DNA of 64,000 bases from an uncultured delta proteobacterium (lineage in GTDB: Bacteria; Desulfobacterota; Syntrophia; Syntrophales; UBA2185). A program made the position numbers and the translations under genes. This document shows positions 29,851 to 40,797 of the stretch, one piece after another. Below the pieces are notes generated by a model that saw only the letters and a list, made by a program, of their open reading frames with translations, did no database searches and was not told the DNA's origin. Numbering within the stretch: position 1 is the stretch's first letter; every line of letters begins with the position of its first letter. Location: NCBI GenBank assembly GCA_963695875.1, contig CAVOID010000009.1, positions 1-64,000 on the forward strand, in the 5' to 3' direction.

Positions 29851-30604
29851 TCAGCGATACACACACCGGAGTTCCTTCAGGTTACCTCTCAATCTCAGAA
29901 TAGCTTGTGTATGAAGTTGGCAGACCCTAGACTCTGTCAGATTTTACCACCATTCCAATCTCTTTCATAGTCAGTTCCTCATAATAATAGAGTGACAATA
30001 TCAATTTCTCTTTTGCCGGAAGAGCATCTATGGCCTTTTTCAGTACAACTTTCATCTCAGTTGTGGCAAGAAATGAAAAAGGATTGTTTCGATCTACCTC
30101 TTCGAGAACATCATAATTATTATAAGTTTCATGATAATCGGGAGGAAGGTCCTCACTGCTGAAAAGTGTTACCCCTTTTGCCTCATCGAGAATTTTATAG
30201 TATTTATCCAGTGGAACGTTAAGATATCGGCTCATTTCTTCCTCATCAGGCGGCCTGCCCAACATTTTCTGAAGGGAAGAAAAGGATTCTTCTAATTTCG
30301 AATGCTTATTCCTTGTCGAGCGGGGCATCCAGTCTCTTGCTCTCAGTTCATCAAGCACGGCACCCCTAATTCTGAAGCTGGCATATGTTTCAAATTTTAC
30401 ATTCCTTTTTTTATCAAACTTCTCAATCGCTGAAATCAAACCGATAATGCCAACGTTAATCAAATCTTCTTTGACATTCAAATGGGATGGCAATCTTGCA
30501 GAAATCCTCTCTACGATATTTTTCACAAGAGGAGCATATTTCATGATGAATTCATCACGTTTCTTTTTGCTCATGACATGTCCATCATGATTTTTTTTAT
30601 CCAT
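29851..30604 (-). CDS. fliA: flagellar sigma factor sigma28; +1 frameshift near 29943
   Basis: DLINVGIIGL.SAIEKFD, FETYASFRIRGAVLDELR..DW.PRS, LYYYEELTMKEIG|NLTESRVCQLH. Confidence 0.96.
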
Positions 30605-31514
30605 GATCTGCACCAACAATGGCTCGTGAAAAAAATTTCATACTTCCTAAATTATACTTCTCGGGTCTCTCACGACATATTTTTTTCGCTATTGATGATA
30701 GACATTTGCTCGCGTGGGTATAAGGATAGATTTCTGCGAACATCTTCTGCTGTTTGACAGCCTCTGTCACTTTTTCATCGTAGATTATGTAACCCAGATA
30801 TTCAATTGAAAGATCAAGAAAGTGTTCCGTTGCCTTACTTAATTTAGCAAAAACCTCCTGGGCCTCGTGGGAGTTTTTTGCCATATTTACAATCAGCATG
30901 ATCCTTTTTTCGGCGTGACCATTATAAAGTATTTTAATCAGGGCGTATGCATCTGTCAGGGAAGTCGGTTCTGGTGAAACTATGACTATCATCTCCTTGG
31001 CCGCCATGTTAAAATATAGTACATTACTCGTTATGCCGGCAGCCGTATCTATAAGCATAAAATCAAAATCCTCATTCAAATCATTCAACTCATCCATCAG
31101 CGTAAGCTTCTGGCCTTTAGACAGTTCAGCCATTTCTTGAATCCCGGAAGCAGCGGGTAAGATCTTGATTCCCCCGGGACCAGGAACAATCACTTCCGAC
31201 AGCGATTTCTCACCCAAGAGAACATGGTGCATATTGTACTTCGGGGATATTCCAAGGATGACATCTATATTTGCCAGCCCCATATCTGCATCAAAGATTA
31301 AAGTCTTCCTTTTCATCCTTGAGAGAATGTAGGCAAGATTGGCCGTTATATATGTTTTTCCTACACCCCCCTTACCACTGGTGATCGCAATTACCCTGAT
31401 ATTCTCTTTTCCCTTGTCCCCTGCAATATCTTCTCTATTCTTGATTGTTGACATCATGTCATGAACCCCTTTGTCTGTTTCCTTCATTACCCTTAGAACC
31501 GCAGCTTGATCCAC
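30597..31514 (-). CDS. flhG: MinD-like ATPase FlhG/FleN
   Basis: MDQA..LR, ITSGKGGVGKT, DADMGLAN, PEPTSLTDAYALIK. Confidence 0.95.
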   Translation of the reverse strand: MDQAAVLRVMKETDKGVHDMMSTIKNREDIAGDKGKENIRVIAITSGKGGVGKTYITANLAYILSRMKRKTLIFDADMGLANIDVILGISPKYNMHHVLLGEKSLSEVIVPGPGGIKILPAASGIQEMAELSKGQKLTLMDELNDLNEDFDFMLIDTAAGITSNVLYFNMAAKEMIVIVSPEPTSLTDAYALIKILYNGHAEKRIMLIVNMAKNSHEAQEVFAKLSKATEHFLDLSIEYLGYIIYDEKVTEAVKQQKMFAEIYPYTHASKCLSSIAKKICRERPEKYNLGSMKFFSRAIVGADHG

Positions 31515-31530
31515 TTTAATCTCCTACAAT

Positions 31531-32665
31531 CTATGACTGATGCATGATAAGTTTGGCAATTCTGCTGGGATTAGCATTTTCTATATCATTAGGCACATTC
31601 TGCCCATTAGTCAGGTATGAAACTGGTTTGCCTACCTGGTCTATCACATCATACATGGAACCGCAGCCCGTAGCCTCATCCACTTTTGTAAATATGATGT
31701 TATCATAGCTAACCATCCCAAACCTGGACGCGGCATCCAGCATGTTTTCGCGACTTGATGTCAAGCTCAAAAGAAGATTAGTCTCTATAGAAACACCAAC
31801 ATTGAGTAAATCGCTGAGCTTTCCCATATAGTCTTCATCATTGCGACTTTTTCCTGGGGTATCCACCAAAACTAGATCTTTGTCGGAAAATCGGTTGAGG
31901 GCCTGTTTAAGTTCTTCTTTTTCGGATACTACCTTTATTGGAAGTCCCATAATCTTGGCATAGGTCTTTAATTGTTCGGCCGCTGCTATTCTATATGTAT
32001 CAGCCGATATAAGGCCTATACCTAATTTATCATTCATTGCATAATGAGCAGCCAGTTTAGCCAAGGTCGTTGTTTTTCCTACACCTGTGGGACCAACAAA
32101 GGCAACGACACCTTTTTTCTTCTTTTGACTTGAAACGGGGATAGACTTAGTGATTTTATCCTCCAATAATTTAAATGTATTCTCGAAACTATCTATTTTA
32201 TCTATTGTGTTAACAAGCTTATAAGCCCTCTCTCGAGACACACCGTTTGCGACTAGATGATAATATAGCTTTGACGGTGGCCCGGGAAACAGATTTTTCT
32301 CCCAGGTGCCGAGGACATTCATAAGGTTATTAAGATATTCTTTTAACTGGCTCAGTTCTCTGCGAAGGGGATCCTCTTTTCTGAAATCCCGTATCAGTGA
32401 TTTCATTTCATCGATATCATTTCTGATCTTATCCAGGTCAGCAGATGCGCTCATCAGATTGTTGCCGATCTGCTTGTGTTTCACTCGGTTCACGGGAACT
32501 GGACCTCTTCTCGCTTTCATCTCTGGCAGCTGTCACTTCAAGGAGTGGTACTTTTCCGCCTTTCAACCTCTTTGTCGACAGAATAACAGCCTCCTCGCCC
32601 AGATCGCTTCTAATTTTGGTAACTGCCTCCTGAATACTCCTGACTTCATATCTTTTAATCTGCAT
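31531..32665 (-). CDS. flhF: SRP-family GTPase FlhF; +1 frameshift near 32518
   Basis: MQIKRYEV..EAV.KIR.DLGEEAVILS; GPTGVGKTTTLAKLAA, DTYRIAA.EQL, DTPG, TKVDE, GQNVPND. Confidence 0.95.
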
Positions 32666-32666
32666 T

Positions 32667-34738
32667 TTACAACTCCAGCATGCCCAGTGAATTGATATTC
32701 ACATCGTGTGAAATCTCATTGTGAGAGAGAACAACGATATTCGGGAAAAACCTTTCCAATATCTTTTTAAAATGAATCCTAGTTTTTGGAGAACAGAGAA
32801 CGATCGGCTGAAGTCCTCTTGTTGTAAAGGAACTGATAAATTTCTGCAGATTGCTAACAATCCTCTGTATCAAATTGGGATCTGCAACTAGGTAAGACTC
32901 ATATTCGGTATGCTGAATGGAACTGTTTATACGATCTTCAACCTCCGGCGAAAGTATCACCACAGAGATGTTCCCTTTATCATCCTTGTATTGCTTTGTT
33001 ATAGTTCGTGCCAATGCTTGCCTAACATAACTGGTTAACAGGTCAACATTTTTTGTGATTGGTACATAATCCGCCAGGGTTTCGAGTATTGTCAAAAGAT
33101 CCCGAATGGAAATTCGTTCTTTCAGAAGTCTCTGTGAAACCTTCTGAAGGGTTCCCATAGGAATGACATTGGGAACGAGTTCCTCCACAACCTTCGGATG
33201 AGCTGATAGCTAAATTATCCAACAGCGATCGAACTTCTTCCCTGCCCAATAATTCATCGGCGTTCGATTTGATTATTTCTGTCAAATGGGTTGTTACTAC
33301 CGTGGCACAATCTACAACTATAAGTCCTCGAGCCTGGATATTTTCCTTTTCTTTCTCACTTACCCAGACCGCGGGCAGGCCGAAGGCTGGTTCTTTCGTT
33401 TGCACTCCCTTTACTGGAACTTCTCTATCTTCGGGAGTTATGGTAAGGTAATAACCGGGCATTAACTCACCCCTTGCTATTTCAACACCCTTCAATAGGA
33501 AGGAATATTCGTTAGGCTTTAGCTGAAGATTATCTCTGATATGAATGGCCGGTATAATAAACCCCATGTCTAGAGCCAACTGCTTTCTCAGTGACTTGAT
33601 TCTTTGAAGCAGTTCCCCACCCTGCGAAGCATCAACAAGGGGTATCAGACCATAACCAACCTCAAGTTCCATCAAATCAAGCGCCAGGAGTCTTTCAACA
33701 GCCTCTTTGGGCGCAATCGCCGGCACTTCCTCTTTTACTTCTTGTGATTTCTTTGCAAGCTTAAAAAGATTATAAGCCAACGCACCGCTCATCAGGGAAA
33801 TAATCATGAAAGAAACTTTCGGCATACCCGGAATTAAGCCGAATATGAAGAGCATAATCGATGCCGTTGCTATAGCCTTAGGCTGAACAAATAGCTGTCT
33901 CGTAAGATCGGCGCCTAGGTTAGAAGATGCTGTTGACCTCGTTACAAGCATGCCTGCTGCTGTTGATACAACGAGGGCAGGTACCTGCGTAACGAGACCA
34001 TCACCGATGGTAAGGAGGGTATATGTGCGGGCTGCATCTCCAATATCCATACCTTTTTGCAGTACACCGATAATCAATCCCCCTACAATGTTGATGATTA
34101 TTATGACTACACCCGCTATTGCGTCACCTCTGACAAACTTGCTCGCACCATCCATTGCCCCATAGAAATCAGCCTCTTTCTCAGTATCAGCTCTTCTCCT
34201 TCGAGCATCCGCTTCCGTTATGAGACCTGCATTGAGATCTGCGTCAATGCTCATCTGCTTGCCGGGCATGGCATCCAGTGTAAATCGTGCTGCAACTTCC
34301 GCGATTCTTGTCGCACCTTTGGTAATAACGATGAAGTTGATCAGGGTAAGAACAAAGAATACTATCAAACCGACAAAATAATTCCCTCCAACCACAAACG
34401 TACCAAAGGCCTTTATGACCTGGCCGGCAGCGGCAGTCCCTTCATTTCCGCGAAGAAGAATCAGACGTGTCGAAGCTACATTTAGAGATAACCTGAGAAG
34501 GGTTACCGTCAACAGGATAGAAGGAAAAACGGATAAATCCAACGGTCTCAAAACATACATGGACACCAGTAAAATAACAATTGAGATGGTAATATTGAAT
34601 GAAAGAAGTAAGTCGAGCAGGAATGTCGGCAGTGGTATGATCATTATGATAAGAACACCAATAACACCGACAGCCAGAATGGCCGTCCCGCTTCTTTCCC
34701 ATCCACCTAATAGAATCAGCTCTTGCGTCGGTCGCCAT
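32667..34738 (-). CDS. flhA: export gate protein FlhA; +1 frameshifts near 34692 and 33200
   Basis: RLSLNVASTRLIL, EVAARFTLDAMPGKQMSIDADL, FYGAMDGASKFVRGDA, ERISIRDL. Confidence 0.97.
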
Positions 34739-34745
34739 ATTTCCT

Positions 34746-35823
34746 TTACACCGCTACCCTTTTTTCCTTTAAGCCATAAATGTACGCCAATACCTCAGCG
34801 ACGGCTTTGTATAAATTTTCCGGTATTACCTCATTTACTTTTACCATCTTATTCAATACCTGTGCCAAAGGCTTGTTCTCAATTACGGGTACGTTGTTTT
34901 GCCTGGCTATTTCTTTTATTTTTTCAGCTATAAACCCTGCTCCCTTTGCTACAACAACAGGTGCAAACATCTTTAATTGATCATACTCTAAAGCCACTGC
35001 GATGTGGTCGGGGTTCGTGATCACAACGTCTGCCTTGGGGACTTTTGCCATCATCCGCTTCCTGGCCATCTCCCTCTGAATACGCCTGATCCTTGCCTTC
35101 ATAAGAGGATCTCCCTCTGTCTGCTTGTATTCATCCTTTATTTCCTGCCGCGACATTCTGAGTCCCTTTTCGTATTCCCATCTCTGATACACGTAATCCA
35201 GGACTGCCAGAACTATCAAAACCCACGATGTCCTCAAAATAATCTTGAATGAAATTTCCCCCATATAGACCATTATATCCCCGATACTCCTATCCATAAG
35301 GGAAGGAAGAACTTCTATTTCGCCCTTTCACCGTCACATATGCGACATAGCTTACTATGCATAGCTTCACTATACTCTTTGTCAATTCAGCAAATGATTT
35401 CAGGGAGAATAACCTCTGAAATCCCTTAAACGGATCTATCTTCGAAAATTTTGGTTCCAGTGCCTCCGCTGAAAATACTAACCCCACCTGGACGAAATTG
35501 GCCAGAATCCCTGCAATAAGGACAGTTATAAGGAGTGGAGCAATAAGAATAAAAAATTCATACACCCATCCCATGGCGAGTGTTTGAATATTATCTGTAT
35601 TGATAAGTAGTGTCCCGGATTCCTTCAGAAAACCACTGATGAGACCCATCATTTTCTTGGTCAGGCGGGTGGCATCAAAATTAAAATATGTCAGACATGC
35701 TAATAATATCGCGACAGAGGCTATTTCCTGACTCTTTGCAACCTGCCCTTTTTTTCTCGCCTCTTCCCGCCGTCTCGGTGTCGCTTGTTCTGTTCTTTCC
35801 TGATCTCTATCGTCGTCTGCCAT
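34746..35823 (-). CDS. flhB: export switch protein FlhB; +1 frameshift near 35326
   Basis: ERTEQATPRR..AR.KGQVAKS.E, MSRQEIKDEYKQTEGDP, VVITNPDH.AVAL.Y. Confidence 0.96.
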
Positions 35824-35877
35824 AGACCGATCCTCATCTATTAACTGACACTCAAGTCAAAAAACTGTCTTTTTACT

Positions 35878-36115
35878 ATGAGACTTTTACAAAACTGAAA
35901 ATTGCTTTCGTGACGGGGCGAAACGAAGATCGGGGCGCTTCCCGCAACCATGCCGTAAGGCCTGTTAAAGGGTATAATGCGTCTCAATATCTTCATCTCC
36001 GGAAAACCCTTACGAGCTTCGATTTTACGGTTATCGTGCTTTTCGCAGAAGCTAAATAATATATACGCGGGAAAAAGATATTGAGCCCTGTGAAGTCAAT
36101 TTTCAAAGATCTCAT
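35878..36115. mobile_element. MITE-like relic in the fliR-flhB spacer
   Basis: ATGAGACTTTTACAAAA...TTTTCAAAGATCTCAT imperfect terminal inverted repeats; about 240 bp. Confidence 0.5.
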
Positions 36116-36894
36116 TACATGAGACGGAGGAGCAAAATAATCTCTCCCTCAAGATTTGAGAAGTAACTTTCCACGACCCGCATGAAGATCGGTAACGTCA
36201 CTCCGATGCCTATCAGGCCAATAGCTATTTGCAGGGGAAAGCCGACTATAAATATATTTATCTGGGGTACCGTCCTTGCTATCAAACCCATTCCAACGCT
36301 CATAAATAACAAAACGGCAATTATGGGTGCTCCTGTTTTGATGGCAACTTCCAGCATATTTCTCACGAAAACAAGTATCAATTGCATCAACTCTCCTGAG
36401 AAATGAAAACCGAGGGGAGGCAGTATCCTGAAACTTTCTACTATGGCGTACAAAAAAATATGATGCCCATTCATAACCAGGAATATCAGCATAGCTATAA
36501 GATACTGAAACTGAGATATAATGGATACCTGCTCATTGTTGACGGGATCGATGACATTCACGATGGAAAAACCCATTTGAAACCCTATGAGCTGTCCGGC
36601 AAGTTGGATCCCGTCGAAAATCAACCTGCCGGCAAACCCGATCATAACACCGATCATGATCTCTCCCGCCATTCGGAATATGAGAGAAAAGATATCGGAA
36701 CTTAGTCTCCACGCTGTTGTTTGAACAAAAGGAAAGACAAGAAATGTAATTAAAAGAGCTAACCCCACCTTGACCCTGGCAGGAACTGTAACGTCTCCCA
36801 GTATCGGGATCGTTATAATCATCGCACTTACTCGAAGCAAAGTTAGGATGAATATTTCTGCCTGTTCGGCTGTTATGATTTGCATATGTTTCAA
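36115..36894 (-). CDS. fliR: export apparatus FliR
   Basis: Multi-TM; AGQLIGFQMGF..V.DP, NGHH, RTVPQINIF.VGFPL. Confidence 0.96.
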   Translation of the reverse strand: MKHMQIITAEQAEIFILTLLRVSAMIITIPILGDVTVPARVKVGLALLITFLVFPFVQTTAWRLSSDIFSLIFRMAGEIMIGVMIGFAGRLIFDGIQLAGQLIGFQMGFSIVNVIDPVNNEQVSIISQFQYLIAMLIFLVMNGHHIFLYAIVESFRILPPLGFHFSGELMQLILVFVRNMLEVAIKTGAPIIAVLLFMSVGMGLIARTVPQINIFIVGFPLQIAIGLIGIGVTLPIFMRVVESYFSNLEGEIILLLRLM

Positions 36895-36953
36895 TTGAAC
36901 TAAGTGAGGTAGTTCAGGTCAGATAAAGATGACAAAATTATCCTCCCCTTTCT

Positions 36954-37223
36954 CTACCTGATATACATTGGAAAATTTGAAAATATGTTTTGGGTATACT
37001 CTATCATTATATTAAGCATCCATGGTAACGCGACAATGAGAGCAATCAAAACGGCTACAATCTTTGGAACAAATACTAATGTCATCTCTTGAATCTGCGT
37101 AACAGCCTGAAAGATACTGATAGCAAGTCCGACAATAAGACCGACAAGCAACATTGGCGCCGATATCAGAAGGGTCACTTTTATCGTTTCAACTGCTATA
37201 CCCATTACAAAATCACTGGACAT
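36954..37223 (-). CDS. fliQ: export apparatus FliQ
   Basis: APMLL..L.VGL.ISIFQAVTQIQEMTLVFVPK; start taken at MSSDFV. Confidence 0.96.
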   Translation of the reverse strand: MSSDFVMGIAVETIKVTLLISAPMLLVGLIVGLAISIFQAVTQIQEMTLVFVPKIVAVLIALIVALPWMLNIMIEYTQNIFSNFPMYIR

Positions 37224-37245
37224 TTCAAATATCCCTGCAATCAAA

Positions 37246-38031
37246 TTACATAGGTCCAAAACTTTGAACCAGTGACCCGACAATCAGATACCAGCCATCA
37301 ACCAGGACGAAAAGTAGCAACTTAAAAGGCAGGCTTACCATGATAGGCGGAAGCATAAGCATACCCATTGAAAGAAGTACACTGGCAACAACCATATCCA
37401 GTACCAGGAAAGGCATATATATTAAGAATCCAATCTGAAAAGCCGTCCTTAATTCGCTTATTACAAAAGAAGGAATCAAGACGGAAAGGGATATGTCTGC
37501 CGGTGATTCCGGTCTTTTCATTTTTGAAATCTTTACAAATAGGGCGAGATCCTTTTCCCTGGTTTGCTTAAGCATAAAATCTTTGACAGGTTGGGCGCTG
37601 AGTTCAAAGGCCTTTTCTCCCGATATCTGATTATTGAAATACGGTTGAAGGGCCTGGGTATTCACCTTTTCCCATACGGGCGTCATAATAAAAAAAGTGA
37701 GAAATAGCGAAAGCCCGATGATAACTTGATTAGGGGGCAACTGCTGTGTACCCAGGGCATGTCTTAGAAGAGAAAACACAACAACGATTCTCGTAAACGA
37801 GGTCAACATAATAAGAATGGAAGGAGCAAGAGCCAATACTGTAAGCAGCATGAGGAGTTTAAGGACAGTCGATACCTGACCTGATTCACCGGCACCACCG
37901 ATGTTCAGATTTATGGTTGGAATAGGAAGGGGTTCAGACCATGCTGATGGTATGAACAAAAAAAATGAACCAATGAAAATCAGCAGGCACACTAAATATT
38001 TAATTTGATTATTACGGGTTCGATTATTCAT
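37246..38031 (-). CDS. fliP: export apparatus FliP
   Basis: TSFTRI..LRHALGTQQLPPNQ, PSFVISELRTAFQIGF, SLPFKLLLFVLVDGW. Confidence 0.97.
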   Translation of the reverse strand: MNNRTRNNQIKYLVCLLIFIGSFFLFIPSAWSEPLPIPTINLNIGGAGESGQVSTVLKLLMLLTVLALAPSILIMLTSFTRIVVVFSLLRHALGTQQLPPNQVIIGLSLFLTFFIMTPVWEKVNTQALQPYFNNQISGEKAFELSAQPVKDFMLKQTREKDLALFVKISKMKRPESPADISLSVLIPSFVISELRTAFQIGFLIYMPFLVLDMVVASVLLSMGMLMLPPIMVSLPFKLLLFVLVDGWYLIVGSLVQSFGPM

Positions 38032-38428
38032 TTTCTCGGGACTTTCTTCTCGTCTGGCCTGAAGCCAACAACTTGCTTCTGTACGATGTCAAATTATCAA
38101 AAAGGGAGACTGAATTCTTTTTTCCTCTGTCTGAATCATTCAGCTTCTCTAGAGATTTAGAATCCGAAATCGTTGTAAGCATGGTAATCTGATTATTTGC
38201 TATTCCAACGACTATGATGCTGTTTAGAACATCCATAAGCATAATGCTGCATTTCGGTCCTATATATCTTGTCGATATGATCTTTATAAACTTACCATCA
38301 TCAATGCTTGTCCCCGACCCCTTTATAAACTTCTTGAAAAAAAACATCGCTGCGATCATGATTCCCAAGACTACAGCAAGAGCTGAAATCATTTTTACCA
38401 GTGATGATATGAAATCCACCGTACCCAT
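38024..38428 (-). CDS. fliO: FliO/FliZ
   Basis: One TM then IKIIS..YIGPK.SI.L.DV....VVG; between fliN and fliP. Confidence 0.88.
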   Translation of the reverse strand: MGTVDFISSLVKMISALAVVLGIMIAAMFFFKKFIKGSGTSIDDGKFIKIISTRYIGPKCSIMLMDVLNSIIVVGIANNQITMLTTISDSKSLEKLNDSDRGKKNSVSLFDNLTSYRSKLLASGQTRRKSRENE

Positions 38429-38438
38429 ATATGCTCTC

Positions 38439-38879
38439 CTATTTGAGTTTACTGACTCGTTCCGCGGGGGAAACGATATCGGTCAGGCGAATGCCGAACT
38501 TTTCATTGACTACCACAACTTCACCTTTGGCAATCAGTCTCTGGTTAATAAACACATCCATTGGTTCACCCGCAAACTTTGCCAGTTCAACAACTGATCC
38601 CTGCCCTAACTGAAGAAGTTCACCAATAAGCATCTTTGATCTACCCAGCTCAACGGTTACTGTAAGAGGGATATCCAGGATAAAATCAATATCTATGGAC
38701 GCACCGTTTTTTCGCTCTGTTTTATGAAGCTCATCGAAATTTGCCGTACCCACAGCGGTTTTTGGTTGTTTCTTTGATGCTTCCATCTCTGTCTGAACAT
38801 CATCCCAGCTGATATTATCATCGCCTTTATTTTCAGAATCTGCTCCCTTCATCAGGTTGTCTATTTCATTCTGTTCCAT
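38439..38879 (-). CDS. fliN: C-ring protein FliN
   Basis: ILDIPLTVTVELGR, GSVVEL..AGEP, AKGEVVVVNEKFGIR. Confidence 0.96.
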   Translation of the reverse strand: MEQNEIDNLMKGADSENKGDDNISWDDVQTEMEASKKQPKTAVGTANFDELHKTERKNGASIDIDFILDIPLTVTVELGRSKMLIGELLQLGQGSVVELAKFAGEPMDVFINQRLIAKGEVVVVNEKFGIRLTDIVSPAERVSKLK

Positions 38880-39867
38880 ACTGAATAACCTCTCTTCTAC
38901 TAATTAAATGTTTAATCTGTAGGGCCTGGTTTCCTCTGCACACGCCCGGATATCCCCTAAATTTCAGTATACCCTCCACGGAGATATCTATAGGGTCCGA
39001 AGCATATTGATCTAGGAGGACTACATCTCCTATTTTGAGATCCCGCACATCCCGAGTCAAAAGATGTGACTGCCCCAGCCGAGCCACCAACTCAAGTCCT
39101 GAGGACATCAATTCCTCCTTCAAACGTTTCTCCCATTCCTTGTCAACATCAAGATAATCGCTCTGAAATCCTGCCTGTAATTTCTCCCGGATAGGTTCCA
39201 AAGTTGAGTATGGTATGCATAAAGAAATTATGCCGGAGGAATAATCCATCTCGATTTCAAAATTAACGACCACTACAACGTCAGTTAAAGGAACAATATG
39301 TGCGAACTGGGGATTAATTTCAGACCTTTGATAGGTCATTTTTACATCTAACAGCGCTTTCCATGCTTTTTCGAGGTCCAGCAGGGCACTTAAGACGACC
39401 TTTTTGATCAAGTTATTTTCAATTGCGGTAAACTCTCTCCCTTCCACTTTAAATCCGTTCCTTCCTGAGCCTCCGAAGACTATATCTACCAGAGTAAATA
39501 TAACTTTTGACTCAACAACGATGATCGCATTACCTCTTAATGGATCTATCCGGAAAAGGTGCAGGCTTGTGGGGACTGGTAATGTCTTGAGGAAGTCCCC
39601 ATATTTTATGGTATCAATGGATAGGGCGCTTACACTAGCAACTTTTCTCAACAATGATGAAAGTGTGGCCCGGAACATCCTGGCAAATTTTTCATTGGTC
39701 ATCTCGAGGGTAGGCATTCTCCCCCTGATGATACGATCCTGGCTGGTCAGATCATAGCGTATGGCAACCGAGGGGTCATATTCTTTCTGCGACTCGGTTT
39801 CAACTTCACCATCCGATATTCCTTTTAGAAGAGCATCTACTTCTTCCTGGGATAATATTTGGGACAT
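38866..39867 (-). CDS. fliM: C-ring protein FliM
   Basis: ILSQEEVDALL, RIIRGRMPTLE, GREFTAIE, E.NPQFA.I. Confidence 0.97.
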   Translation of the reverse strand: MSQILSQEEVDALLKGISDGEVETESQKEYDPSVAIRYDLTSQDRIIRGRMPTLEMTNEKFARMFRATLSSLLRKVASVSALSIDTIKYGDFLKTLPVPTSLHLFRIDPLRGNAIIVVESKVIFTLVDIVFGGSGRNGFKVEGREFTAIENNLIKKVVLSALLDLEKAWKALLDVKMTYQRSEINPQFAHIVPLTDVVVVVNFEIEMDYSSGIISLCIPYSTLEPIREKLQAGFQSDYLDVDKEWEKRLKEELMSSGLELVARLGQSHLLTRDVRDLKIGDVVLLDQYASDPIDISVEGILKFRGYPGVCRGNQALQIKHLISRREVIQYGTE

Positions 39868-39946
39868 AATAACCCTTTCAAGTATTTAAGCCTTGCTATA
39901 ATTGGTCTGCGTTACGTTTTATCGGATACCGACAAGTTAATAACAA

Positions 39947-40432
39947 TTACTGAATAACAAACTCTGTAAAGTAAACCTTAACAATTTTTCCACCAGTCAA
40001 GAAGCTGTTCAGTCGCACCATAATCTCTTCTCTCAGGCGCTGTTTTCCGGAAATATCCATAATATCTTTATACGTTTTCGATGAGAGAAGATCCAAAACG
40101 TTATCTCTCAGTTTTGGTTTTAACTGGTTCATTTCTGCGATATAATTTTTATCCGAGATATCGAGCTCGATAACAATTTTCAGATACCGGTCAGAGTTTT
40201 CATCCCTTATATTAACGATAAAGGGATCCATTGGCCATATAGCCCCTACCGGTGCCTGATGTTCCACCTGCTCCTTATTATTGAAAAATTTCTTATAATA
40301 AATAGCCCCAAAGGCGCCGGCTGTTACCACGATTAAAACAGCAACACCCATAATAATAAGCTTCTTGAGAGGTAATTTCTTCTTTTGCGGGACTTCTTCT
40401 ACAACCTGTTCTTCTTTTTCTTCTCTTGCCAT
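39947..40432 (-). CDS. fliL: FliL
   Basis: TM; PFIVNI..RYLK, LRD...LLSSK..GKQRLREEI..LN, VYFTEFVIQ. Confidence 0.94.
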   Translation of the reverse strand: MAREEKEEQVVEEVPQKKKLPLKKLIIMGVAVLIVVTAGAFGAIYYKKFFNNKEQVEHQAPVGAIWPMDPFIVNIRDENSDRYLKIVIELDISDKNYIAEMNQLKPKLRDNVLDLLSSKTYKDIMDISGKQRLREEIMVRLNSFLTGGKIVKVYFTEFVIQ

Positions 40433-40508
40433 TGCACCCTCTCGACCATTATGAAATGTTAATGAAATTCTTGAGATATGTTTGCTCTAAATATTCAGCA
40501 TTTGTAAT

Positions 40509-40524
40509 AGCAAATAATATACCA
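40509..40524 (-). promoter_or_regulatory. sigma54 promoter of fliL operon
   Basis: TGGTAT-ATTAT-TTGCT. Confidence 0.8.
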
Positions 40525-40752
40525 GACAAATAATTGCAGAACGGAAGGAGTATGGAGGGAAATCAGGAACGGGGGCCTGTAGGCGAAGTCATTATCTCGA
40601 TAGTATAAATTGTCTATCAGACTGATATTGTTAATTGTTTATAAATTAGATTTTTGAGGTAGTACACTATACCTCATACCGAATTCATTTTTTGAATTCT
40701 TTATTGCAAATATTCCTCAGGGGTCTTTTTGACAAATAGTCAGAAATTTGAC

Positions 40753-40784
40753 AAGAAAAAGGGCTGAGGAACTATCCTCAGCCC
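40753..40784 (-). terminator. Rho-independent terminator after flgE
   Basis: GGGCTGAGGA-TAGT-TCCTCAGCCC followed by TTTTTCTT on minus strand. Confidence 0.9.
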
Positions 40785-40797
40785 CTATTGTATGAAA

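Noticed and set aside
39919..39926. TCCGATAA sigma28 -10-like box upstream of fliM
   Set aside because: No -35 match, and fliM is explained by the sigma54 promoter before fliL.
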